Shown here in pieces: positions 1 through 9,030 of a stretch of 64,000 nt of DNA. The stretch lies in the IMG/VR virus record IMGVR_UViG_3300008113_010842; one strand, 5' to 3'. Within the stretch, counting starts at the first letter, position 1; every line of letters starts with the position of its first letter. A model generated the notes under the pieces. It was given only the letters and a program-made list of their open reading frames with translations. It ran no database searches and was not told the DNA's origin. The position numbers and the translations under genes were made by a program. Source of the stretch: an uncultured virus (IMG/VR IMGVR_UViG_3300008113_010842). Taxonomy: Duplodnaviria; Heunggongvirae; Uroviricota; Caudoviricetes.

Positions 1-24
1 TATTTTATAAAAAAAATTAGTATT

Positions 25-699
25 ATGAAGTATTTAAAAAAATTCATAGAAATTTCAAATAAACAACGTGTATTTGAAAATAACTCAAATTCTACTATAC
101 AATTAATTGATGGGTATGCATATGATGGAAATGCTATTTTGTCTCCAGAAAACCCAATAGAAATTATCTATAAAATATTTGATGTTTATTATAAAGGTTG
201 TGATATCATTAAAGGAATGGAGGGTGAGACAGAATGGACTATTATAGCTAGAGATTACCAAGATGGTTCCGCTCGCTCCCACTACTTCGAGATGGGTTTT
301 GAAAAATATAAATCTGACCAACAGCTGAATGTAAGGAAATTAATGGAGATAAAACCAGAAGATTATCCTAATTTTGAATTTATTTTCACACAAAACGTTA
401 ATGGGCAACAACAAAGTGTTAATATAAAAGATTTAGAAAAACCTATTAGAGTCATGATACCATTTTCTAATTTTGAAAGTTACTTGAATGATTTAGGTAA
501 TAAAAGTGGTCTTAAATTTCAATCGTATCTAAAGGATTGGATTTGTAAAAAGTTAAATTTTAAACCATCTGATTGGAAAGTTTATGCATTTGCGGGTGGT
601 AATGAAAGAATACCGGCGATGCCTGACGCTCTTCTTGGAAAAGGATATATGACATCTGAAGATAAAAAAGGAGAAATAGTTGGAAAACTATCAATATAA
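25..699 (+). CDS. Hypothetical protein with MKYLKKF..FE N-terminal leader (putative capsid-targeted protein)
   Basis: 224-aa ORF; N-terminus matches the leader shared by about 12 ORFs in this window. Confidence 0.6.
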   Translation: MKYLKKFIEISNKQRVFENNSNSTIQLIDGYAYDGNAILSPENPIEIIYKIFDVYYKGCDIIKGMEGETEWTIIARDYQDGSARSHYFEMGFEKYKSDQQLNVRKLMEIKPEDYPNFEFIFTQNVNGQQQSVNIKDLEKPIRVMIPFSNFESYLNDLGNKSGLKFQSYLKDWICKKLNFKPSDWKVYAFAGGNERIPAMPDALLGKGYMTSEDKKGEIVGKLSI

Positions 700-701
700 T
701 T

Positions 702-1277
702 ATGGAAAAATTCTCAAAACTTAGACCTAAAAATGATTTCAACGAACCAGATGATGAAATCAAATACGAAGATGGTAAATTAAAAATCGTAAAATACGAA
801 GATTGGTCAATTATTAAAGAAAAAGATTGTGTTGTTTGTATTCCTTACTTAATTGAATCAAACCAAATGGTTCTTCGTTATGAATATATTCCAACATTTA
901 AGTATGTTACTGGTCAAGAATTTCACGCAACCGTTGTAGGTGGTGGAATTGAAACTGGTGAAACTCCACAACAAGCACTTTTAAGAGAATTAGAAGAAGA
1001 AGCTGGTATTGTTTTAAGAGAAGATTTCCAAATTGAAGAAGAATTAAAACCACTTTTTATTAGTAAGGGTCATACTAATAGATATTATCCTTTTATCTTA
1101 CCACTTAATGAAAGAGACTATCACGAAGTTATAGCTAAAGGTGATGGATCCGAAGAAGAATCTAAAAGTAAATCAGTTAAAGTGGATTTAAAGTATATTA
1201 ATTCAGTAAATTCATCTGATTTGATTACTGATTATATGTTAATGAAATTGAAAGAGTATTTGAATCTACAAAAGTAA
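702..1277 (+). CDS. Nudix hydrolase (ADP-ribose pyrophosphatase-like)
   Basis: Nudix box GGIETGETPQQALLRELEEEAG. Confidence 0.9.
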   Translation: MEKFSKLRPKNDFNEPDDEIKYEDGKLKIVKYEDWSIIKEKDCVVCIPYLIESNQMVLRYEYIPTFKYVTGQEFHATVVGGGIETGETPQQALLRELEEEAGIVLREDFQIEEELKPLFISKGHTNRYYPFILPLNERDYHEVIAKGDGSEEESKSKSVKVDLKYINSVNSSDLITDYMLMKLKEYLNLQK

Positions 1278-2639
1278 TTACTTTTCATCAGATAAGTATC
1301 TTGTAAGATAAAGTTTTATATCTTTATTCATTTCCTCTTTATTAACACTTCCGTAATCAGAGATTCTTGGATTTAAGTTTCTATCAATATTTGATTCTCT
1401 AACAAAGTCTCTAAACAATTCATCTAAATCTTTATTGAATAGATATTCAGAATCTATATCTGAAATCCAGTCATTACTATAAGAAAATTGATAATAAGTA
1501 ACATCAGTTTTGTATTCTCTTCTTACTTGATTTCCTTCAGCGTCTTTTGAGTTATAATATTTAGTCACTTCTTTTACTACTTTTTCATATTGGCCTAATT
1601 CATCACTAACTATACTATCAAAACTACTTACTATTTCATCGTGGTTATCATCACAATGAGCTGACATTTCAAAGTTAGCTATTGTGTCTTTGATTTCTTG
1701 TAAAACCTCTGAATGACTTGCTAATTGTTTAATTGTCTCATAAAATCTTTCTTTAAGTAAATAATTGATTAGTTCTTCTTCTGTCATATCTTTTACTAAT
1801 TCATAAATTTGATTATCACATTCATCTCCAATATGATTTATAGCTTGTTCATATCCACCTAATTCTTTAATTATTGCTTTGACTACTAAAACTTGATTCT
1901 CTTTTTCTACACTATAATTAAAAAGTGAAATTATATCCGGATAGTAATCTGATATATCATAATAATCCCACATATGTTCTTGACCTTTAACTAAAGAATC
2001 TTTATATTCTGTTCTTGGTGAAAGTATAAAATCAGCTAAATCTTCTAAATCCATTTCAGCCCATAACTGACCATCTTTTTTTACAGATACTGACCAACCA
2101 TAATAGTCTTCTAAGTCTGTTGGTCTGATTTTGATTGTGTTTTTTTGTTTAGCAAAAATTGCGATGTAATCATCTGCTTCTAATAATTCAGGCTCATTTG
2201 AATTCCAATTATCTGTAAAAAATAAACCACCTTTGAGTTGTATTCCTTCTACATCTCCTAGCCCACCATCTCTATCATAAATTGATATATCACAATCACC
2301 CTCGTCTGATATAATAGAACAAGCAAACTTAAAAGCATCGGAAACATCATCTTTACTTAAATCTCTTGATTTTTCAATTTGAATCCAATAAGCTGGTCTT
2401 ACATTTTCACCGGCTTTCGCTTTCTCACTATAAACTTCTTTTTGCTGAGATGGTTTATTATAAAAGTGTTGAGTTATAGTATCTACAAATCCAAAACCTA
2501 CGGTGATTAAATATCCAGCATCATCTAATTCTATTAGATATTCACGAATCTGGTCTTCATTTATTTCCCAGATTTTACCTGATTCTAAATCTTCTTTAAG
2601 AGATTCTTTAATAAATTGTAAATATCTTTTAAGTTTCAC
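1278..2639 (-). CDS. Acidic hypothetical protein with MKLKRYLQFIKES leader
   Basis: 453-aa ORF, GTG start, TAATATATA motif 7 nt upstream. Confidence 0.7.
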   Translation of the reverse strand: MKLKRYLQFIKESLKEDLESGKIWEINEDQIREYLIELDDAGYLITVGFGFVDTITQHFYNKPSQQKEVYSEKAKAGENVRPAYWIQIEKSRDLSKDDVSDAFKFACSIISDEGDCDISIYDRDGGLGDVEGIQLKGGLFFTDNWNSNEPELLEADDYIAIFAKQKNTIKIRPTDLEDYYGWSVSVKKDGQLWAEMDLEDLADFILSPRTEYKDSLVKGQEHMWDYYDISDYYPDIISLFNYSVEKENQVLVVKAIIKELGGYEQAINHIGDECDNQIYELVKDMTEEELINYLLKERFYETIKQLASHSEVLQEIKDTIANFEMSAHCDDNHDEIVSSFDSIVSDELGQYEKVVKEVTKYYNSKDAEGNQVRREYKTDVTYYQFSYSNDWISDIDSEYLFNKDLDELFRDFVRESNIDRNLNPRISDYGSVNKEEMNKDIKLYLTRYLSDEK

Positions 2640-2641
2640 GA

Positions 2642-2657
2642 TTTAATATATATTAAA
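2642..2657. promoter_or_regulatory. Palindromic bidirectional putative late promoter (TTTAATATATATTAAA)
   Basis: Perfect 16-bp palindrome containing TAATATATA on both strands in the 21-bp gap between divergent genes. Confidence 0.7.
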
Positions 2658-2660
2658 ATT

Positions 2661-3932
2661 ATGAAATACTTAAAGTTATACGAACAATTTAGATTAATCA
2701 CTGAAGAAAAAAAAGAAATGAATAAAGTGATTTCTTATCCTGGTATCAAATCAAATGATAATTTACCTCCTCTTTTATTGATACCTGGTGGTGATGGTAT
2801 TCCAAAAGTTGATTTCACCAATCTTGCTCCTCTTTTATCTGAGAGATTTGACTTATTCACTTTTTACTATGATGGTTCTAAAGGAGGAAATGCTAAAGAT
2901 GTTTGTTCTGATATAGCCAGTCAATTAGAAGAAAAATTAGGTGATAGATTATCAAAATTAAATGTTTTAGGATTCTCGATGGGAACTAGCTTTGGCTTTT
3001 GGATAATCAAATCTTTAGGTGGGAAGTTCAATGGTAGATTCATTTGTGTTGATGCTTCGGCTCCTCAGGCAGCTTCTTCTGATAGATATGTTCATAATAC
3101 ACTAAAAAATAATACTCCAAGAAGATATCAATGTATAGTGCTTCCATTCTATGAGGATGATAGAAAAACTGGCAAATTTCCTCTAAAAGAAGGTGAAGAA
3201 GCTAATCAAAATCAAGCTTTGAGTTTTGGTTACTCATTTTCTAAAGAAATAGAATCTAAAATAGAAAAAGACGATGCTGATTTTAATCTTGAAAATTGTA
3301 AAGTCGATGATTTTGTATTTAATGCACAAGCAGAATATGAAAGCTGGAGAAAATCTAAATCACTAGTTGTCGAGTTTATCGACCAACCGAATCAAATTGG
3401 AAAAGGAGAACATTATCCATCAAAATTAAATCCATCTGGAATATGGTTGAAAGGTAAAAGGTTCGAATTGCCCGAGGAATACTTTGGAAACAGAACCATA
3501 AAATCGACTTCTAAAGATGTCTACCCTGATGTCGATTTTATCAAAAATTTAATGAAGCTCAATGGAATTAAAGACTCCAATGATGTCTGGGTGGTTCAAG
3601 ATAAACAATGGGATGGTCCATTCTTTTGCGATCCGAAATGCGATTGGAAAGGTAAAATAGATTTCTTGTCTAAACAAGCCAATGGATTGGTAGGAACAAT
3701 TATGAGAGATCCGAAAAAACCAGAAACATTAGATGATAGTATTGATGTTATTGTCGTAAGAGCCGGAAGAACAAAAGATGGTAATCTGACTCAAGCAGAA
3801 GCCGAGAAAAATAAAAATGAGTTTCCTAACAATAATACAAAAGTAGTAATCTTAAGAGGAGTTGAACACTTCAATATTTGTCAAAATGGGTCATCACAGA
3901 TTGCTGAATTGGCAATGAAATTTTTCAAATAA
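2661..3932 (+). CDS. Alpha/beta-hydrolase fold protein (esterase/thioesterase-like) with MKYLKLYEQF leader
   Basis: LLLIPGG oxyanion-type motif, nucleophile elbow GFSMG, C-terminal GVEHF His motif. Confidence 0.75.
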   Translation: MKYLKLYEQFRLITEEKKEMNKVISYPGIKSNDNLPPLLLIPGGDGIPKVDFTNLAPLLSERFDLFTFYYDGSKGGNAKDVCSDIASQLEEKLGDRLSKLNVLGFSMGTSFGFWIIKSLGGKFNGRFICVDASAPQAASSDRYVHNTLKNNTPRRYQCIVLPFYEDDRKTGKFPLKEGEEANQNQALSFGYSFSKEIESKIEKDDADFNLENCKVDDFVFNAQAEYESWRKSKSLVVEFIDQPNQIGKGEHYPSKLNPSGIWLKGKRFELPEEYFGNRTIKSTSKDVYPDVDFIKNLMKLNGIKDSNDVWVVQDKQWDGPFFCDPKCDWKGKIDFLSKQANGLVGTIMRDPKKPETLDDSIDVIVVRAGRTKDGNLTQAEAEKNKNEFPNNNTKVVILRGVEHFNICQNGSSQIAELAMKFFK

Positions 3933-3961
3933 GAAAGAGAGACAAATTGCCTCTCTTTCTT
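3931..3961. terminator. Hairpin between convergent genes, likely bidirectional terminator
   Basis: AAGAAAGAGAG...CTCTCTTTCTT inverted repeat. Confidence 0.7.
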
Positions 3962-3980
3962 AGCTGTTCGTTTATTAATT

Positions 3981-4916
3981 TTAGATTTTAGATAATAATT
4001 CTGCCTTTTTAGAAGAGAATTCTTCATCTGTTAAGATACCTGTTGAATGTAAATCACTTAATTTTTTGATAAGTTCAATCACTTCATCCGAAGAAATTAA
4101 TTGACTTTGTTTAGTTTTCATTTGCTTTACTTCAGCTGGTTTTCTACTTTCTGGAAGTATTTGAATTATAGTAGAAGAAATATAATGTTTCTCAAATTCC
4201 ATATCAACTTCAGTGAATTTTTGTTTTGATTTTTCACCTTTTTCAACTCTTCCTGTTTCAATAGAATTTGTTGAAAGAGAACCAGCAACATTCAAGTCAG
4301 GTAAATCAACTTGAGAAGTATAACTACAATTTATATTATTTGATGAGTTATAAACATTAGTTGTTCCACCAATTACTCCACTAGAAGCATCCATAGTAAA
4401 AGAATTACCTGTAGTAGTTACTGTTGTTCCGCCATATGTAATTGTTCCTGATCCACAATAGACTTTATATGGATTATACCACGGATATGGATTATATGGA
4501 TAGTATTTTTCAACTATCACTCTATCAAACTTTCTTTGCCAGTTATCTAAAGTAATAACATCTTCTTTATAAAAGAAAACTTCTAATACACCATTGTTCT
4601 GAGTTGCATCTAAAGCTTCTCCAGAGTTTTCAATTTCGTAAGTTGAGAATTTGAATTTTTTTCTATCATCAATAAAGCAGTCTAAATAAACCCTTTGTCC
4701 AGGTTTTATGACTAATCCTGTTTTTGAGATTGATTGACCGTTTAATTTAATATCAGCAAGAACTGAAACGGTTAGAGGGTTAAATAATTCGATTTCGAAT
4801 TCGTCTCCGTCGTTTAAGAAGACTTTTCCACTTTTGATTTGTTTTCTTCCCCTATCTTTAGGAGATACAATCCAAGCTCCTGGCTTGGAATTGCTCATTG
4901 CAATTTGTTTTGCCAT
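3981..4916 (-). CDS. Hypothetical phage protein with C-terminal SHOCT-like domain
   Basis: C-terminus IKKLSDLHSTGILTDEEFSSKKAELL fits the SHOCT pattern. Confidence 0.65.
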   Translation of the reverse strand: MAKQIAMSNSKPGAWIVSPKDRGRKQIKSGKVFLNDGDEFEIELFNPLTVSVLADIKLNGQSISKTGLVIKPGQRVYLDCFIDDRKKFKFSTYEIENSGEALDATQNNGVLEVFFYKEDVITLDNWQRKFDRVIVEKYYPYNPYPWYNPYKVYCGSGTITYGGTTVTTTGNSFTMDASSGVIGGTTNVYNSSNNINCSYTSQVDLPDLNVAGSLSTNSIETGRVEKGEKSKQKFTEVDMEFEKHYISSTIIQILPESRKPAEVKQMKTKQSQLISSDEVIELIKKLSDLHSTGILTDEEFSSKKAELLSKI

Positions 4917-5030
4917 AGTTATTCATTTTATTTTTAGACCTATATCTTTGATTCATTTCTAAATCTCAAAGGTATTCTAATAATACCCGACATAAGTTAG
5001 CGAACAGCTAATGTTATATATCTAAATTAT

Positions 5031-5564
5031 TTAGTTTTGTTTTAAATTTGTTCCACAATTAGGACAGAATTGAAATCCTTTATTCTCTGTTCCGCAATTA
5101 TAACAAAATTTTATAGTAACATCAGTTAAATTATTATTTGATTCGGTGTTTGTCACTAATTTTTTAGTGATATAGATTCCGTTTGTCTGTAAAACTACTT
5201 GATTTCCCTTAGGTGTTGTAAATTCTGGATTATTTACTATTTGATAGTCCCAGTGGTCTCTCAACCATCTTACAAAGATGTTTGTTTTTTTTTCTATTTC
5301 TTCTTTATCTTTACCGTTAATTATCAAAAATGCTTTCGTAATGTTTTTTTGTATAACATATTCCATAGAAACTTCAAATAATGTAGACATTATTTTGAAA
5401 ACTTCTGACGGTGTAGGTTCTCCTGATAATTTCACAAAATCCATAGTCCAGAAATCAGAACCGGGTGCAGATTCTGAAATTTTCACTAAGTATTGAGTTC
5501 CAGATTCAGAACTATACTGATATAATCCATTCCATGATAAGCTTTTATCAACATTATAATTCAT
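5031..5564 (-). CDS. Hypothetical protein with C-terminal zinc ribbon
   Basis: FCYNCG...FCPNCG; TAATATATA 4 nt upstream. Confidence 0.7.
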   Translation of the reverse strand: MNYNVDKSLSWNGLYQYSSESGTQYLVKISESAPGSDFWTMDFVKLSGEPTPSEVFKIMSTLFEVSMEYVIQKNITKAFLIINGKDKEEIEKKTNIFVRWLRDHWDYQIVNNPEFTTPKGNQVVLQTNGIYITKKLVTNTESNNNLTDVTIKFCYNCGTENKGFQFCPNCGTNLKQN

Positions 5565-5579
5565 AATTTATATATTAAA

Positions 5580-5611
5580 TTTGGCATTTCTTTAAAAATT
5601 TATTATCTTTG
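5580..5611 (+). promoter_or_regulatory. Bacteroidota-type housekeeping promoter (-33 TTTG / -7 TAnnTTTG)
   Basis: TTTG 5580-5583, 20-nt spacer, TATCTTTG 5604-5611, upstream of the ORF at 5636. Confidence 0.7.
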
Positions 5612-5635
5612 TGAAATAATCTATATTTATAATTA

Positions 5636-6751
5636 ATGAAAATTAAAGAATTTGTTTTAGAAACATTTTTAAGATTGACCTCAAGAACATGTCCTTATGG
5701 ATTTGAAGATAATTTTGTAAATGATGTTATGCCGCTTATTTTTCCTGATGGTATACAAAAAGACTCACACGGAAATTATTTTTTTCAAATTGGTCAATCA
5801 AGAACTATATTTGCTTCTCACTTAGATACTGTTTCAAAAGATTACATACCTGTTACACATGAATTTGATGGTAATATTATTAGAACCGATGGTAAGACAA
5901 CATTAGGTGCTGATGATAAGGCTGGTGTTACTGTTATGTTGTGGATGATAAAAAATAATATACCAGGTCTTTATTACTTTTTTATCGGTGAAGAAGTTGG
6001 TTGTATTGGTTCTGGTTTAGCTGCACAATATGGTGATTTTAAAAATAACTATGATAGAATTATATCTTTTGATAGAAGAGGTACAGATTCTGTAATTACT
6101 TATCAGTCTGGTAGTAGATGTTGTTCTGATGAATTTGCTAATGTGTTAAGTAAAGAATTAAATAGAGTTGGTATGAAGTATTCAAAAGATACTGGTGGTG
6201 TGTATACTGACTCTGCTGAGTTTGTAGATATTATACCTGAGTGTACAAATATTTCAGTTGGTTATTATAAAGAACATACTACTAATGAGCATCAAGATAT
6301 TGACCATCTTACAAACCTTTGTAGAGCTTGTATTCAAGTAGATTGGGAGGCTTTGCCTGTCAAAAGAGATCCAAAAGTTACAGAATGGTCTGGTTATAGT
6401 TCATATGGTTCCTATAGCACTTATGATTCTTATCATGATGATTATTCAGATTATTCAGAATATACAACTAATCCTAAGAAAAAAAGAAAAAGAAGAAGAA
6501 ATAAAAAAAATGATTACAAAACTTACTATGATTGTGGTACATCCGATTTAGTTGAGTTCAAGTCACACAGTAGTTTTAATTCTTTTGATATAAATACTAA
6601 TGATAAATATTCTTGGATTATTGAGAAATTTTTTAATGATAAATTTACATATGATGAATTACAGATAATTAAAAGCTACTATTTAGACATGGATAATGAT
6701 TATGATAAATTCTTTTATGAATATCTAATTGACCAGGTAATTGATTATTAG
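5636..6751 (+). CDS. M28/M20-family zinc peptidase-like protein
   Basis: SHLDTV, LGADDKAG, GEEVG, SFDRRG, NISVGY..EH metal-ligand motifs. Confidence 0.85.
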   Translation: MKIKEFVLETFLRLTSRTCPYGFEDNFVNDVMPLIFPDGIQKDSHGNYFFQIGQSRTIFASHLDTVSKDYIPVTHEFDGNIIRTDGKTTLGADDKAGVTVMLWMIKNNIPGLYYFFIGEEVGCIGSGLAAQYGDFKNNYDRIISFDRRGTDSVITYQSGSRCCSDEFANVLSKELNRVGMKYSKDTGGVYTDSAEFVDIIPECTNISVGYYKEHTTNEHQDIDHLTNLCRACIQVDWEALPVKRDPKVTEWSGYSSYGSYSTYDSYHDDYSDYSEYTTNPKKKRKRRRNKKNDYKTYYDCGTSDLVEFKSHSSFNSFDINTNDKYSWIIEKFFNDKFTYDELQIIKSYYLDMDNDYDKFFYEYLIDQVIDY

Positions 6752-6963
6752 AATTTAGCTTTGTCTATTATATCAGATGTTTTTATTATTTCATCTGGTG
6801 CGTTAAATATTTTTGATTGTTCAATATTATGTGTAACTTTAAAAGTTCTTGGTGATATTTGTTCTAAAATTTTTACAGGTGTAATCATATCGTTATACCA
6901 ATATTCAATTAGAACAATATCATCAACCTTATAAAACGATTTAAACTCAACTATAAACTGCAT
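6748..6963 (-). CDS. Small hypothetical protein (possible SH3/Tudor-like barrel)
   Basis: 71 aa, YKVDDIVLIEYW pattern; TAATATATA 6 nt upstream. Confidence 0.55.
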   Translation of the reverse strand: MQFIVEFKSFYKVDDIVLIEYWYNDMITPVKILEQISPRTFKVTHNIEQSKIFNAPDEIIKTSDIIDKAKF

Positions 6964-6980
6964 ATAAATTATATATTAAA

Positions 6981-7937
6981 ATGTACAACCGACTTATTTT
7001 TGATCATGAAATGATTAACTTCTTGGATAGAAGAAATGATAGAATTTCTCAAATTCTCATACACGGTATGAGTGGATTAATACAAGAAGAAGGTAATTTT
7101 ATTAAAAGAGAATCTGATAAAATTGACACTCTTTCTTTTCTACCAAAAAAGAAATATGACATTTTAAAAAATGACCAAAATAAAGATCCATTTGGTGATG
7201 GTATAGGTAGACAAACAATAAAGATTGGTAGATTTGTCAGGAAATTTCTTACTGAAAATGCTTTTCAGGAGTTTGGAATTAAGGATTCTGATATTGAAAA
7301 ATTTGTAAATTTTTATAAATCATATTTCAATTATGATCCATCAAAATTGCAAATAGTCGAGGGTGATGACGTAAAAAAATATTATCTTGAAGATAATTAT
7401 TTTAGACCTGGTGGATATAATTATGGAACTCTTTGGAATTCATGTATGAGACAGCCTGAGAGAAATAAATTCATGAATCTTTATGTTTTTAATAATGTAA
7501 AAATGTTAGTTCTTTTTACTGATGATGGTAAAGTCAGAGCTCGTGCTCTACTTTGGAATAACGTCAAAGAATTTGATTCTGATGAAACTTTTAAATTTAT
7601 GGACAGGATTTATTCAGTTTACGACCATGATGTAGATGTATTTAAAAAATGGGCAAAAGAAAATGGTTATCTTACAAAATGGGAACAAAATGCTAAATCA
7701 GAGTTATTTATTGACATAAATGGTGTTCCTGAAAGAAAGCATCTTTATGTTATTTTAGAAAAACATAATATTAGTTGGTATCCTTATTTAGATACTTTTA
7801 AATATTATGATCCTTACAAAGGTAGATTTTCCAATTCACAACATTATAGCTATGAATATACGCTTGTTCAAAGTAGTGGTTTAGTTGAGAGGCCGGATGA
7901 ACCAGAAAATGATGATTGGGATGATGATGATTATTAA
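6981..7937 (+). CDS. Hypothetical phage protein (SCM...RALLW...MDRIY...YPYLDT type)
   Basis: 318-aa ORF with a motif series I recall from large phage genomes; function unknown. Confidence 0.6.
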   Translation: MYNRLIFDHEMINFLDRRNDRISQILIHGMSGLIQEEGNFIKRESDKIDTLSFLPKKKYDILKNDQNKDPFGDGIGRQTIKIGRFVRKFLTENAFQEFGIKDSDIEKFVNFYKSYFNYDPSKLQIVEGDDVKKYYLEDNYFRPGGYNYGTLWNSCMRQPERNKFMNLYVFNNVKMLVLFTDDGKVRARALLWNNVKEFDSDETFKFMDRIYSVYDHDVDVFKKWAKENGYLTKWEQNAKSELFIDINGVPERKHLYVILEKHNISWYPYLDTFKYYDPYKGRFSNSQHYSYEYTLVQSSGLVERPDEPENDDWDDDDY

Positions 7938-8689
7938 AAATCTTTTTGTTCACTTCTATATTTATCATATCTGTCTGCCAATTCAATAAGAAACTTATTT
8001 CTTACTATATCTTGGTTAGTAAATTCAAACATAAAAAGATCATTCATGCCATCAACCATTTTAATAAAATCGTTGTATCCTGAATCTTTTTTTCTGACAT
8101 CATATTGTGATGTATCGCCCATCATTACTGCCTTAGAGTCTTTGCCAAGTCTTGTTGACCATAACATAAGTTGTTTTATAGACGCATTTTGACATTCATC
8201 TAATAACATTATGCAATCATCATAAGTTGAACCTCTCATATAAGCTAAAGGTTCAAATATAATTTCCTCTGTAGAAAAAAGAAAGTCGGTGTTGGCTTTT
8301 CCAATTATTTTACAAAATGTTGTATAGTAAGATTGTTTATATGGGTGAAGCTTATCTTCTAATGAGCCTGGTAAAAAACCTAAATTTTCTCCACTTTCCT
8401 GTATTGGCTTTGTGATTATGATTTTCTCTATTTTTTTATCAGCTAATAAAGCTAAAGCGGTATAACAAGTGGTAAATGTTTTAGATGTTCCTGCAGGACC
8501 ATGTGCTACTGTTAGAATATTATTTCTTATACCCTTATACAATTCGTGTTGTCTTGGTGTTAGTTGAACATTTGATTTTTGAAATTCTTCTTTAGTCAAA
8601 GAGTTCTTTTTTCTAAGATTTTTTTTAAATTCAAAATCTTGAATTCCTTCATTAATTTGACTTTTAAGTTCTTGTTTTCCCTTACTCAT
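7934..8689 (-). CDS. phoH: PhoH-family ATPase
   Basis: GPAGTSKT, LGFLPG, PLAYMRGST, LDECQN, GDTSQYD, DIVRN. Confidence 0.93.
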   Translation of the reverse strand: MSKGKQELKSQINEGIQDFEFKKNLRKKNSLTKEEFQKSNVQLTPRQHELYKGIRNNILTVAHGPAGTSKTFTTCYTALALLADKKIEKIIITKPIQESGENLGFLPGSLEDKLHPYKQSYYTTFCKIIGKANTDFLFSTEEIIFEPLAYMRGSTYDDCIMLLDECQNASIKQLMLWSTRLGKDSKAVMMGDTSQYDVRKKDSGYNDFIKMVDGMNDLFMFEFTNQDIVRNKFLIELADRYDKYRSEQKDF

Positions 8690-8782
8690 TTTGCAGGTTA
8701 TTTTTTATAGTATATATCCTACTATACTTACTACGTTATATTTAGTTGAGAAGTATAAAGTTTTAATATATAAAATGAAAAA

Positions 8783-9028
8783 TTGTATTTAAATGTGAAG
8801 AATTTAGATGTGGTTAAAGGTAAAGATGATTTAATTTACGATTTAATTTTTACAGAAGAAAAAGAATTTAAAATTGATGTATCTGATTATGTTGTAGACA
8901 TTTACAAGTATGAAGAATTTATTTTAGAAATTAAATCTGTTTTAAAAAAATCAAAAGTTAGAATTGTTAAAAGTAATGTCAAATTAGATAGTAAAACAGC
9001 AATTTGGCATTTAAAAGTAAATAAATAA
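8783..9028 (+). CDS. Hypothetical protein (start uncertain; out-of-frame ATG at 8775)
   Basis: 81-aa ORF behind TAATATATA at 8764-8772. Confidence 0.6.
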   Translation: MYLNVKNLDVVKGKDDLIYDLIFTEEKEFKIDVSDYVVDIYKYEEFILEIKSVLKKSKVRIVKSNVKLDSKTAIWHLKVNK

Positions 9029-9030
9029 TT

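Noticed and set aside
4943..4950. TATCTTTG on the + strand
   Set aside because: Matches the Bacteroidota -7 box but has no + strand gene downstream and lies in a hairpin arm of a minus-strand leader; likely incidental.
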